From Bugula neritina (lineage: Eukaryota; Animalia; Bryozoa), in the NCBI GenBank assembly GCA_964035545.1, contig OZ037765.1, positions 30,813,504 to 30,877,503 on the forward strand: a stretch of DNA of 64,000 nt, read 5' to 3'. A model generated the notes under the pieces. The model saw only the letters and a program-made list of their open reading frames with translations, ran no database searches and was not told where the DNA came from. Within the stretch, counting starts at the first letter, position 1; each line of letters starts with the position of its first letter. The position numbers were made by a program, and so were the translations under genes. Of the stretch, positions 1 through 14,600 are shown in pieces.

Positions 1-2573
1 CTTTCTGTTGTGTCAAATGATAGTTGTAATATAATACAATATAATACAATGACATAAAATTTATATAATCTCAGCGACAAAAAAGAGTGTATAAAATGGA
101 TGTGTAGAACAACGTTGATCTCAAAAGTACTTTTTATTTGCCTGTAAAATGCATGTAACAGTCTAAATATTCTCAAGGTTAAAAATGCCAAAACAGCTGG
201 GCCAACATTGCAGCAGTCCAATGACATTCTAATGTTACTTGGGGTCCACGTAACACTGGCTACAATGCAATGGGGGCATGTAATAGCATTTCAATGAAAA
301 TAGTCTTGAATATCCCATGGGGCCTCCTTATTACAGAAGGATAAATACCATGAGTAGCTCTAGGAGTGTCTGGGCCACAGGTTGCATTACTATCACAGGA
401 TTGGGTGGATCCAACCACGGAAATGTTAGTTTGAGGAAGACGCTCCAGGTTAGCTGAGGTGATGACATCAGCTGTCATGCAGGTGATTAATGTACAACAT
501 CCGCCCTGTCAATCGCATGCCTAGAGCCGAGGCTAAAGGCTGATACTGAGAAACTAGGGCCAAAACCCAGCTGGAATAGAGCTAGCCAATGTACTTTATC
601 TACACAGGATAATTAAATAAGCTCCGTGGCATAACTTGATATCAAAGTTTTTTTTTCTATTCTCACCTATCTCCGCTTTGTCTAGATATTAAACTATTAA
701 AAATAATACTATAGCATTATGCATTACTGCAACAACAGCAACTATTTAATATTTATATCATAAAATGTTTTCTTCTATTGCCATTGAAACTAGCTTTCAT
801 TGCTAAAACTAGTGGTCTAGTAGTGATTTGAATTCTATGTTGTGATTAAACTTAATTAAATAATCATTTTGATTCAATGGGTTTTAATTTAGATTATTCA
901 ACAGGTAATATTGCTTCAATATTATCAGGAAAATGTACTGAATGCTATAATGATGATTTGTTTTTAACTATATTATGGTGCCCGTTTTATTATTATTATC
1001 CATTCATTACTAACAGATATTGTAAATTTAATTTTTAAAACAAAAATGATCACCAATTTATTATATTTATTAGTAGGCCTACAGCTAAAAGCTTATAAAT
1101 ACTTGTCACTTGTCTATATGAACATCTTTTCCTTGACTGGATAAAAAGCTTGTAAGTAAATTATATTGACCAAGTCATCTCAAGTCATTACTTGCCTAGC
1201 TTGATTTTCTACTTGAGCCATGATTTGATAAAGTTGGAAATGAATTCAACTAAATTTGAATAACATAGTCAGCAGTTTCCAAAAATATGTTCAAAACGAC
1301 ATGCTAAACCAAGACCGGAAATAAGCTAATGCAGTAAAAGTTGCGAGTGGCAATACAAACAGCAGTCATCTACAGAAACCTAAAACGAATATAAACTGCA
1401 GCAGAAAGCCTGTGCACCAGTTTTGACTGCAGCTGTGAAATCGGCAACAATTCTATGAACTAATAGTTGACGCCTTCATCTACCGCAATAGCAAATTACT
1501 CCAAACTCAAGTAATAGCTGCTGGCAATTAGTATATATATATAAAGCATCATCACTGAATCAGCATGTAAAGAGGGGTGCAAGTTTTATTCTGATCCGAT
1601 TGTGTAACGAAATGTTCTCAGGGCAATCAATCTCTGTCAACATATAAGCACCTACATAGTGACACTAGACGATACTAGTCCCAGAACTTAGGCTATTCCT
1701 GTTACCAGGACAGCCCCTCGGCACCAGCTACGGTTTCTCAGAATTCAAGTGAGCCCCAGGCAGCACTCTCACACTATGTGACTATACAGCACACGTTCAA
1801 GGCAGCAGGTTGTAAATACATGCGAATACTATGTCTGAGAGAGCAGTAAAAAGCTTCCGCTATGGTTTCTATTAGAAAACCTGTTTAGCCCAAAAAATGG
1901 GACGTTGTGTGCGGGATTTTCATGCGTCTAACATGCTGAGCGAGAAGTGCAGCAAGCTCGTGCATGTTTGATCTAATTGGCTTATTATCATTTAGCGAGC
2001 ACACTTTTTTAATTTTAATTTACGTTTTAGCTTTTAGCAAAATGAATTAAAACAGTTTCATATAATTTGCATTTCTGCTTTTATAATATCTAAAGTCACT
2101 TTGCCGATGACGTAGTTTCATAAACAAACGCCTGAAGGCGAGCAGTAAAGTTTAACGCTAACATCATTAGCTAATAAATTTTTGCACTCTCAACACACGC
2201 ACCGAGTGTGGCAGGTCTATACGGGTACAGGTTTTCTCGCATGTCACGAGCGTGTAAAATGCGTCTTGTGGCGCTACGCTTATTCTTTAAAATTGAAGAT
2301 TTTTATAGTGATAGCCACCCAAGCGTGACTAGTTCAAACAAATGCCTTTCTTATAAAACTATTCCATCCTGCGTGACAAGTAGACTTCAGCTATCACCAC
2401 AATAGTGTAAACAATACCATGTGAATTTCTGCAATACAACTATAGAAATAAATATCTATTTTTTGTCAAATGAAAGAAAAAAGCCTCATTTTACACAAAA
2501 AATGAGTTGCTTGAGCAATGTAGACACAATACAGCATGATTATTATACAGTTTACAGCTTCTTACATAATTAC

Positions 2574-5500
2574 CTCATTAGAGAAACCAGAAAACTGAAA
2601 GACAGATGGAGATGGAAGTGGTGGTGGTAAGTTATCCATATTAGCTGTGTATTCAGCACTCAAGTCCTGCGAAGTGGGGGCTTTCACATCTGTCCCCTCC
2701 TGAGTGAAATCCTCATCTAGCTCAGCTAAGACTTCACTGTCCAACTCAGATGGTTCACCATTCTCGAGAATTTCCCGTTCATTCCTGAGGAGAAACATAC
2801 TGTATAGTATATTCAGTATGTACAGTACGTACAGTACATACGTACTGAATAGAGAATACATTTAAAATATTTTGTAACATGTACGCAGGTATTACTTTAT
2901 ACTTATGAGGTGAGAGTAACTTAGAAAGGCTTGAGGCTTGTTTTAGGATGTTATACAACCCACAATAGGCTAAAAAGGGCAATGTCCCAAAAGATATATA
3001 TTATTGCTAAGAGCATTATGCAAATATTAGTAAACTTTAGCAAAAATAGGGCTTTTATGATGCTCACATGTTCAAGTAATTTTCTACCAGAGCAAATTAA
3101 TTTCCCATTGAAATTGTTTCACTTTGTAAACTCACAGAACTATTATATGCTATATACGAATGCCTCAAGACCAGGTTTTAGAATTTAATTTGATCATAAA
3201 CAATATGTATACATTTCTATTAAATAGCTATTTGCTACCAACAGATTAGCTAACTTTTAATATTATTTCCCCACAATATATAGAAACTATATTTATATCT
3301 AGGCATTATATACATATATTAAACATACTCAAAACTCACGCAAGTTTATAGTCACTATCCCTGGGAGAAACCCCTGTTAAAAAGGGTTTTTGTTAAAGCA
3401 GGCTAATGACTTATTCAGATGAGGCACAGGAGCAATTATGACTGGATGCTCTTCCTAACATCACCAATGGCCTTTGTCGGGTTCGAACCCATGACTTCGT
3501 GTTTAATAGGCAAACGCTCTAACCTCTAGACCACAGCTGCTACCTATACTATACATACTAATATACATATATTATACATACTGATATACATATATTATAC
3601 ATACTAATATACATATACTATACATACTGATATACATATATTATACATGCTGATATACATATACTATACATACTGATATACATATACTATACATACTGAT
3701 ATAACATATATTATACATACTGATATACATATATTATACATACTGATATACATATACTATACATACTGATATACATATATTATACATACTGATATACATA
3801 TACTATACATACTGATATACATATACTATACATACTGATATACATATATTATACATGCTGATATACATATATTATACATACTGATATACATATACTATAC
3901 ATGCTCATATACATATACTATACATACTGATATACATATATTATACATACTGATATACATATACTATACATACTGATATACATATATTATACATACTGAT
4001 ATACATATACTATACATACTGATATACATATACTATATATACTGATATACATATATTATACATACTGATATACATATACTATACATACTGATATACATAT
4101 ACTATACATACTGATATACATATACTATATATACTGATATACATATACTATACATACTGATATACATATACTATACATACTGATATACATATACTATACA
4201 TACTGATATACATATATTATACATACTGATATACATATACTATACATACTGATATACATATATTATACATACTGATATACATATACTATATATACTGATA
4301 TACATATATTATACATACTGATATACATATATTATACATACTGATATAACATATATTATACATACTGATATACATATACTATACATACTGATATACATAT
4401 ACTATACATACTGATATACATATACTATACATACTGATATACATATATCATACATACTGATATACATATATTATACATACTGATATACATATATTATACA
4501 TACTGATATACATATACTATACATGCTGATATACATATACTATACATACTGATATACATATATTATACATACTGATATACATATATTATACATGCTGCCA
4601 AAATGCTGCCGATATGCTCACCTGCTGGTTGAATCTTCCCAGGTGACCAGAGCCGCTCCCTGAGACTGTGTATCCAGAATCACGTCTGCTTTGCCAGGAG
4701 CGGCAGCAGCAGACCCAAGAGATGTGACATCGGCAGCGGTACCTGATCGCTTAGGTTTCTTTGACACAGTAAACCTGCAGCATGTAACATGGGGCTACAG
4801 TACAAACATTCACAAATAGTGAACAGTACATCAGTAGCCAACATCACTGGACAGACCACCTTTTATTCATGTAGGATTTGATCTGTTTGAGAACTGAGAG
4901 CGTCTCTGCCACACCAGTCTGTGTTTCAGCTTCGTCTGCATCAACGGCCATTTTGTCTTCCGCTGAATTATCCGTAGCTTTAGTGATAGGAGGCTGGGAT
5001 GTGTGCTTTGAAATACCATTCTAAAAATAAAAGTGACATGATGAAATTACTTGATAATGTAAACAAAAGTCACTTCTAAGTAATGGTTTGCATGCTTAAT
5101 TGTCACCAACACCAAGCTTAGCTACCACATTCATCTTCTAACAGCATGAACGCGTGATAAATTATTCCATCCACTAACCTTAACATTATTTGCCTTATAA
5201 TTGTACGGATATAATGCTTCCTCTACTCTCTTTCCTTCTTCTTTACACTAGACAATAGTTGAACACATTATTACCAACAAGAAGTGTACGCTGCACTGAA
5301 AGATTTCCTGTCTGTATACACGTACAGGTGACGTAACGCAACACTTCGCTCTTAAGACGTTGCGTCATACATGAGTCACTGAATGCAGATAAACTTCCTT
5401 TGTATACACAAAAAATAGTAACATTTTTTATTCAATTATTATCTACTTAATTTATCGCCAAGAGATATTTATTTTTTAATAAATCGCGCGATTCGAATAT

Positions 5501-5611
5501 TTGGGTGATTTAGATAAAGACGGCTTTGTACTCGGAGCAAAACATTGTCACTGAAAGGGGTGACGAGTTTTTATGCATGTTACAGTCAATATCAACCCCA
5601 TTATAATTACA

Positions 5612-5660
<49 letters not shown>

Positions 5661-8600
5661 TTATTTATTTATATTATATTATATAGCACATTTGTTTTAT
5701 ACACTATTATATTATTTTTAATAATCAAATCAATGAATCATATTGAGAAATATCCTAAAAGCAGATAATTCTGTATATTATTGATAGCCACACACTGGCT
5801 CTAGCTACAATTGCTCTCAGCATAGAAGATTTAATTAGATCATATATCACACTCGCACCATATAACCACAGCTCAGTTATCAACATTATAACTTTTGGAG
5901 AAATAAAATAATGTTTAATGTGTAATAATTAATATCTCCTTAAATTATTCAAGCAAGTTGGCATAAACAGAGAAAACTGGAGCCACTGAGTGCTGGAGTG
6001 ACTTGCACTCGGTTTTACCAACTACAACTTTTTATTGGCAACTAATCGTCTCAAATATGCAGTCCCAGCCCAATGACGCACAGTCGTATTAATAACAAAC
6101 ACCAAGTTCCCAGAAAAATTCCTAACCAGTGAAGTGGAAACCACGTTTATATTTTATAAACTGGTAATACAGGGAATCACTATGACACTGCCAAACATGA
6201 GCACACATACAATAGCAACATCCGGCAATGTTTAAATGTACGAGTGTGGATATTACCTTTTCTAACCACACAGGGGAGACAATCAACTGTTTATTGTGCT
6301 TCGCTGCCCTATAGTCAGCATCTGATGCTTTTCCCTGCAACACAACTCAGTCTTTTATTATTATTTTCTCCAACTAAACTGTTCACCATATTTTACTAGC
6401 CTCTGCTTTCAGCATATTATTGAGTTTATAAATTTTATAAATTTCGATGCTCTCCAAAATAAAACACAGTAAATCATTTGACCTTCAAATTAGCCTCATG
6501 ATTCATTCAGAAAAGCCATACAGTTCCCTTGCCTCAGGTACTATAGACGCTGCCTTGACAGCAAGGTAACGGCGCCTCATGACATCACATCCAGTAAACA
6601 AATATCAGTAGCAGAATGACCTCAGCCAAGGACATTTAAGTATCCGCATATAATTGATCAAACACGGCTATAAATAAAACTACTAAAACAAGTCAACTCG
6701 AGTGAGCATGTCCTTAACATCCACCTTGTCACAGGAGAACAACAAGCATCTGTGCACGTGTGGCCAAATTATAAATGCATAAAATAGCAATGCACAGAGC
6801 ACCTGTGCATACGTGACAACATAATGAACTAACCAACAGTGATTACCTGGTAGATTACGTGTGTAGCAGTAGAATCATATTGACCTCTAAACTGACCACC
6901 TAGGCTGGTCACTAATGCCGATAAGTCATTGCTGAGAGAGTTCAATATTTTAGCGAGACATATAACTGTCCCGGCTAGAGGTTTGTCGGCAGCGCTCTTT
7001 GCTGTTGTGGCAGCAGCATCTGGTGTTTCAACGTAATGCTTATTCAAAGCTAAATGCAAATACTTATCCATGGCTTCGTCTAAGGGCTGAAAATAAGATA
7101 TAAAGTTCGAGGTACTATAAACCACAAGAGGTGTGCAAACTTTGTTCTCTATAACTATTATTGCATGCAATACAATGTAATGCACATTACCCAACCTTCA
7201 TTAGATGGCTGCTGTTGATTGCAGAATCCCCCCCCCCCCTGTAATTTTCTGACTTGCACAGCAAGCATTTATGATGCATATTTACAGCATTTCAAAATAT
7301 AAAATTCCAACAGCAATAAAAAGCTGTACAACTAAAAAAACATATAAGATAATTTATTCAAACACAAAACTTGTATTATTCTGCTCTTGTAACAACCGAT
7401 ACATGTGAGAACTCATATGATTATTGTGCGGGGCGTTCACATACCGTTCCCATATTTTCGGTAGAGTTGCACTTGGGCTTTGGCTCTGGCTCTGGAGTGA
7501 CAAAGCATTGCAAGTCTAGATCCATCCGAAAGCCCTGATCATGTTGATCCAGTATTGAACTGGACAGATAACCCTTCTCAGCAGACTTCTTGTTAGTGTC
7601 TGAGCCAGTGGATGTAAGTCGCAACGCCTAGTTTGCAAGAAGTAACTTACTCTCAGTAAGAGATAATATGCTCAGTTCAACAAGACTGCTGCTCTTGAAA
7701 AAGAAACGTCTTAAACATTAAATACAGAGTAGCACATGCTCATTGTTACATGCATGAGCCTTAAACTGATTTACTTTTTGTGCAGGTAAAACTAAATATT
7801 TACCTGAAAGATGCTGCACTTCACAATTGTCATTAAATTACTCATTTTTTAAGCAAGATAAAAATTAATCCAACTAATATTTTAAGCCTCTGAATCATTA
7901 GTTGATTAAAGTAAACATACAGTTGAATTTCACAGTAAAAAGAACAACTAAAATTAATTTGAAAAAAAATATTTTTAAGGTAAAAAACGGCTGCAAACTC
8001 AAACTTTACAACATTTCAGCTCAAAATATTAAATAAGAATAAACAATCTCTAGATTTCTACCCCCTAAAGTGGAAATAACAAATTTTTTCCAGGCTATTA
8101 CAGTGTAGAAAAGAAAAAAGACAACACTATTTACATAGTAAAAATACTTATTTTAGAAATTACATTACACTTGACCATCAACAGTTAGCAGGAAATAATG
8201 ATTCATCTATTATATCAACCCCACTTACAAACTTTTTAACATAAATTTTTCAGCAGCCATACCTGCACCCTTGAATGGACTGGTGTCTGAAGGTTGGCCA
8301 TTGTTCTTCGCTCCGCTGTAAAAGAAATGCCATGAAGTAAAGGGAAATATTCAACCAGGAGCATAGAGGGCTTTGATGAAACATCAGCTTAGGTAGAAAA
8401 TTAATAAATGTGACACACGAACCAACTTACTGGGCTTCAAAGGATGATATGGCTCGGTGGGTAGTGCAGCTCCAGCCCGCAAACTGTCAGCCAGCCACCT
8501 ACATACAGTAAACTAAGGATTCTCATCATGCAAAAATAAACCCAACAAATCAATTAAATAAGGCAACTCCTAATTTCCAGCCACAGCAAACACTCGCTGT

Positions 8601-11600
8601 CATCTGATATTCAGGAAATGATGCAATAGAAGTGAATCACCAATTCCTTAGAATTCTCACGAATTACGCTGACGGCAGCACTCTTTAGTTTAAACAGAAG
8701 ACAGATTTCAAGGAAATTCTTGGAGCATATTTCAGAACGAGGCTTCGGCACAACTGAACTATTTATGTACCAGTGGGAATGGATTTGCTATTTCAGTTAT
8801 TCAATGAAAAGATACTCAGTGGGTGGTTTCAGTCATAAACATAACAGAATGTACACAAGAAATATTGACGTCCGTGTGTTTACGTACAATAAGTTCTAAA
8901 CATATTGGACTAGCTGGAATTCACATAAAATCAATGACACACAGACCGACGAAAATATCATATATAAAAAGCATGTCTAAACAAGGAAATGCCTTTGATA
9001 TTAGTACTAATTGTAGAGTAACCTGATTGATATGATGGAGAGACCCCAGTTCCTCGCTGCCTTGTATTTGGGAGAGTCTACGGACTCTGATATGAGGTGG
9101 GTGGTGGCGGGAATGCCCTCTCCGGGAAACTTTCTAAGATCCTCAAAGTACCTACAAACAGATGTGGTCTGAGAATATGCAAGCTATGCCACCATATAAC
9201 CAGCAGCAAAAGTACATTTTTACTCTACTAAGTGGGAAGACAACTTTGAAATACAAAAGTTGCAACAGATATTCAGCAAGATGTGGAAAATAAATTCAAA
9301 AAGCTTCTATCATGTATTTGAATTATATTTAAGTATATCACATTAAACTTGAATGAGTATATTATATTCTACAAGACAATCATAATCTACATAATAAACA
9401 TAACTTACATATATAACCCACATAGTAAGTATAACCCACATAGTAAGTATAACCTACAGAGTAAGTATAACCTACATAGTAAGTATAACCTAAGTAGTAA
9501 GTATAACCTACAGAGTAAGTATAACCTACATAGTAAGTATAATCTACAGAGTAAGTATAATCTACAGAGTAAGTATAACCTACATAGACACCCACCTGCC
9601 ACCTGCAGCAGACACTAGCTGAGATATGGCGACCCTCTCAGGGGCAGACAACCCCGTAGTGGTAAGGACACAGCTATCTAGAGCTGCACAGTTGGTGCAC
9701 ACTATTGGAGTGAAAAGTGGGTTGGAGTCTATTGGCAGCAGAGAACACTGTCTGTTACAGAGACGCTGTCAAATTAATAATAAAAATACAATATGACAAA
9801 ATAACAGAGACGCTGTCAAATTAATGAATTAATAAAAAATATATAATACTACAATATTAACAGATATTTTATAAACCATATTGTGGGCTATAATGGTGTT
9901 TGCTAATTCTTGGAAGTCTAAAATAATAGATCATTACTAAGAATGAGTAACATTATAACATAGAAATTTAAGTCTCATGCTTTACCAATGATTGTAGTTT
10001 GGTTGCAAATAATCTAATTATAATAATATTTTACAAAAATGTTGACATTTTATACAAATCAGAGCACACCAACTCTTTAAAAATAATAAGTTTTTGTTCA
10101 CCTATTAACATTATTCAATAATACCAACATAAACTTTTCAAAACTATATTTAAAATAGTTATTATTTCTAGGAGCAGTGCTATGATCCACCAAGCAGCTA
10201 CTAAGGTACAGATAACACTTACCACCCAAGTATCACTGACAATCCTGCAACTAGTTCCATCCTCGTAGGCATGGAGTAGAAGAGTAGACATGACCCTGTA
10301 CACTGCAGACGTTGAGGCCTGATCTCGACTTGACACAATAGTACCGCCATGGGTCTGTATCATCGGGGTCAAGATTTCTTTCTCCTCCACAGGTAACTCG
10401 TTTATGATGAAGCTAAACGCAATATTATATAACATGTAATATATATGTGTATATGTGCCCTTCACTATACATACAACTGAGCAACACAGGCTGTGAGCAG
10501 ACAACTCTCATAGAAACTCAGTAAAAAGACTTAGTATTACATTTAATATAAAAAACAGCAAACGAAATAATAAAACTATAGCTTCAGACTATACTACACA
10601 TTTCAGCTGAGCAAATAAAAAATTTTACATTTAATTTCTAAACATTTTGTATTAAATTAGATAGGGTGAATATTGGAAGTTGATTACTTTGAATCGAATC
10701 ATTTTCATAAGAAAATTCTATCACAATATCTGTCAAAACGAATAAATAACAAAATTCACATTTTCAGTATAACAACAAATCTCATAAACTTTTCCTAGAA
10801 ATAATGAACTAAATACAAACACTGACCAGGTATCTCTGAAAGGCATCTTTTCCGCCAAATCTCGTTGATGCTGTTTGACCAGCAGAGGGGTGGGGGCGGG
10901 CGTGTGTGCGGCAGCCCGTCTCCATGTTGCCACTTCCGGTGTGATACACATATCAGATGGGTTGGGGCATGCAGGATTAGCCACAGGAGTTGTCATTCCA
11001 GCATCTTTCATATCAACATCACCTGGCAATACAGTTTCAACTGCACGAGGTTTGAGCAAGCGAATTTTGCTTATGTTTTGCAATGAAGAAGACCAAAACA
11101 TTGCTATTTTCAGTGTGAAATGCTAAGCTCAATCTTTAACAAATAACTCAAATTTAATTGGAGAGAATTACAGTCCCACAGAGCTGCAGTAAATAAATTA
11201 ATAAGCTCTCTTAGTTTAACAAATGTTTGCCCGTTTCACTTGTGTGTATGTATTTCCAGCATTCGATAATATTGGCGATTCACTCAAGCTAGCTTCACTA
11301 AGTGTGAGTCTAAGTACAACAATTCTGTGTAGTGATGAGGTCTGACTAAAACTTAAGTTTGAGTTCCTCATAAAAATAAATATACTGTTATTAGTCATCA
11401 ACACGCATGCTGAGTATAAGAAGAGATTAGCATGTATTAAGGAAGACACACCTGTGGCATACTGACTCAGAAGCTCCTCATTGTTATCATCTAATACTTC
11501 TGTATCCAACATCGACTGATCACCCTGTGAAGATTCCATACTTTGTACACGTCTGCAAAAACATATGCAGAAGACAAGGAGGTATACAGGCAATAATTTA

Positions 11601-14600
11601 TAGTATAAATGATACTACAGCGTAGAGATCATTATGTGTGTACAGTAGATAAAAAGGAAGGTTGATATTGCTAATCAGAATAATTGAACTGTCGTGGTTA
11701 GCCAATCGCAGCAATGTAAACAATATTTAGAGATCAAACAGGAAACAGACACATTACCATACCTCTTAGGTTGAAGAGTGTTTTCATCCGACGCACTGTG
11801 CTTCCGCTTGTTGGGTTTATATAGTAGGTAAGGTTCAACTTCAGTCAGGACTCCTGTCTTTTCTACCTGTTTCAACCATTCACAGGAGACCACTGGTTGT
11901 CTGGAATAGACATACACATGTACATTATTGTGAGTGAAACTGCGTCCCTCCTCTGTCTATGAGAAACATACTACATACCAAAGCTACAATATTCTCTCGT
12001 CTTTATTAAATAGACAGCTGTTTACCTGTCTATTTTTTATAATTATTAGCTGTTTAAACTGATCATTTATAGTAACAACATAAGCTGAAAACAAGTTAAT
12101 ATTTTTATTTCAAAAGTTTATAAGAGTAAACCATTTTTAGCTTTTCTAGTGAATAATGAGCCCATTGCCTCTTAACACACTGTTGCAAGTTTTAGTGACA
12201 TTTCAACACACTCTAATTCTTCCGACTACAGGTATACATTAGAGTCTAGACTCTAGACTGACCCACCTTAGATTCTTCACATGCTCCACGGTGTTATTAT
12301 CTAGGTCAGCGATTACAATATAGTCAGCACTCACTGTGCTTTGGCACCTGGAGGGAGGTACACAACAGAATGTGAGTCACAATGACCTAACCACATGTTA
12401 TTATAAGATATGAAACAGCATGTGAGTCACAAGTTGTGAGTAGTATACAATATTACATTATTATAATTTCAGTACTGGATGTGATATGAATTGTATAATA
12501 CACTTAATACCATATTCATATTTCATACACCATTTATTTATAGATTAGACATCATATTTTTGATTTAAGATGCTGAAAACCATCTACCAAAAACAATACA
12601 GCCACAAAAGCTCACTAAATGCACCCAAGATCACACTAAAGCAGAATGTGTCCAATATTGAAATTATCTTACCTTGTCCCTCCACAGTTCCTAACTATGG
12701 CAGATAATGACTCAGTAACTTTCTCACTGAAACCTCTCAGACAAATCTGAAATCAACACAATGGTACGCTAACTACAAAGTCATAGTACAAGAAGGTTAC
12801 TATAAAACAATACTTGCTGAACGCATAATAAAATAAGGCCAACAATTATTTGCCATATTTCACACAAATAATTTTTGAAAAAAATCTAAACACTTACAAA
12901 AAAGTAACAAATAGAAAATCTAAAAGCTCTAAAATTATAATTATATGTATTTGATGATAGCTTCAATTGGAAATACAACTGTAATGCTTCTAGAAGGGTT
13001 CACAACTCCTTGTTTAAACTCAAATGGATTGCTAATATCATTGAACGAGTTTTGATTTTGTCATTCTATGTTGAATCAGGACTTTTCCAAGTAAAATGTG
13101 TGACAACTTTCTGTGCAAATCTGGGCAAACCAACTCACCTCGTTAAATAACCTCCATTACTTTTGAATAATTTCTCTGCTCAACCAAAATAAATAAACAT
13201 ATTTCAATAACATCAGACATCTTACCTTGCAGTTACTGAGAATATCATGTTTCATGGTGAGATCTGAGACAGTCTTTGTACTGTCATAGCTTGCATTCTT
13301 AAGAGGCAGAGTAGTAGCAGTGTGGGTGGTGCTGGCGGGGCTAGATGGAGCTTTGTTCATAGCTGATGTTGTTTCATCAATATGAGTAGTTGAGAAGGTA
13401 GTGCTGTGTATAGCGCTAACATCGGGTATATTGGGCAAGGGAGCTACACACAAGACGCACAATAAGACTGATATATCATTGGATGTCAAAAAATGTATCT
13501 ACTAAGCCCAATATTTGAACACATTTTACAACTAGCAAAAAGCAACAAACCAGTTACTTTTGCTGCCTTTTGCAAGTTGATGTGTTTGTTGATGAAAAGC
13601 AAGGTCAACGGCTTCAAGTAAAATACAACATAATATTTTTAGACAAAGTTAAAAATAATGCTTGCATTAAAAAATTTAATTTTGGTTTTCAATGAAATAA
13701 TTTGTTATATTTTTTAAAACAACACTTTTCAGTAGCTTATTGAGAAGTTTGAACAAAGAAAATGTTAATTCACAGGCTGGTGAAAACATAGTTACTAAAT
13801 TATAATAAACTGAATTCATAATAATGAAGGACCCAGCACTATAGCCCAGGATTCCTCAGCACTACATACCGTTATCGTTTTGTGGTGTTGAGGCCCCCTT
13901 ACTCACAGCATACTTAGCATTGTCCTCTGCTAGTTTATAGCCTGCGCTCTCACAGTCGTACACCCACTGCGGGGTTACGATGTTCACTGAGCCCCACTTT
14001 TGAGCTGACTTGTATTTCTGGCCTACAAACAACAGCAGCAATTAACCTTCTTTATATTAGAAGAATGGGCCTTGTAATTTATAATTTATGGTATACTTTC
14101 TCTATACCTACTCTATACCTACTCATATACCTGCTTGATACCTACTTGAACCTACTCCATATTGGCACTGAATAAAAAAAAACCTAAAACCAAGAGGTAA
14201 AACTAGATTTGACTTTACAGCTGACTTACAAACAAGTTACAACCATGTCAGTACCACTGTTATCCCATTTACATACAAGTAATTAGGATTTATCCCACCT
14301 TCTGGTTTTTCAACTACTAGGTGAGTACATTCTTTGTAGGTCATCTGTCCAGTGTATGTTCCACCTAAATAGAGTACTTGGTATAACACAAACATAGCAG
14401 CATGTGTAGCTTGAGGTATGCTAGTTCATTGACTTTGACAAATTCATCAACGAATTCAAAGTCATCCAAATGTCGAATTATCAATGTAATTTCTATTATG
14501 AAAACAAGTCACTTAACTAAAGATTTGTCTTTTTAATATAAATCCGAAGTTAATTTCCAATCCTGTTGAATATTTGTATAAAGCAAGATGACGTGATACC

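Noticed and set aside
240-610. GC-richer segment and ORF 260-478 as a TOPBP1 BRCT7 exon or another gene
   Set aside because: The frames I translated show no BRCT7 motifs (GG...THL...EK...W) and hit stops quickly. Origin unknown.
3470-3540. Functional tRNA gene
   Set aside because: A and B boxes are present, but no acceptor or anticodon stem forms and the sequence continues into a SINE-like body.
9349-9618. Repetitive ORFs on both strands
   Set aside because: They are produced by the 18-bp minisatellite.
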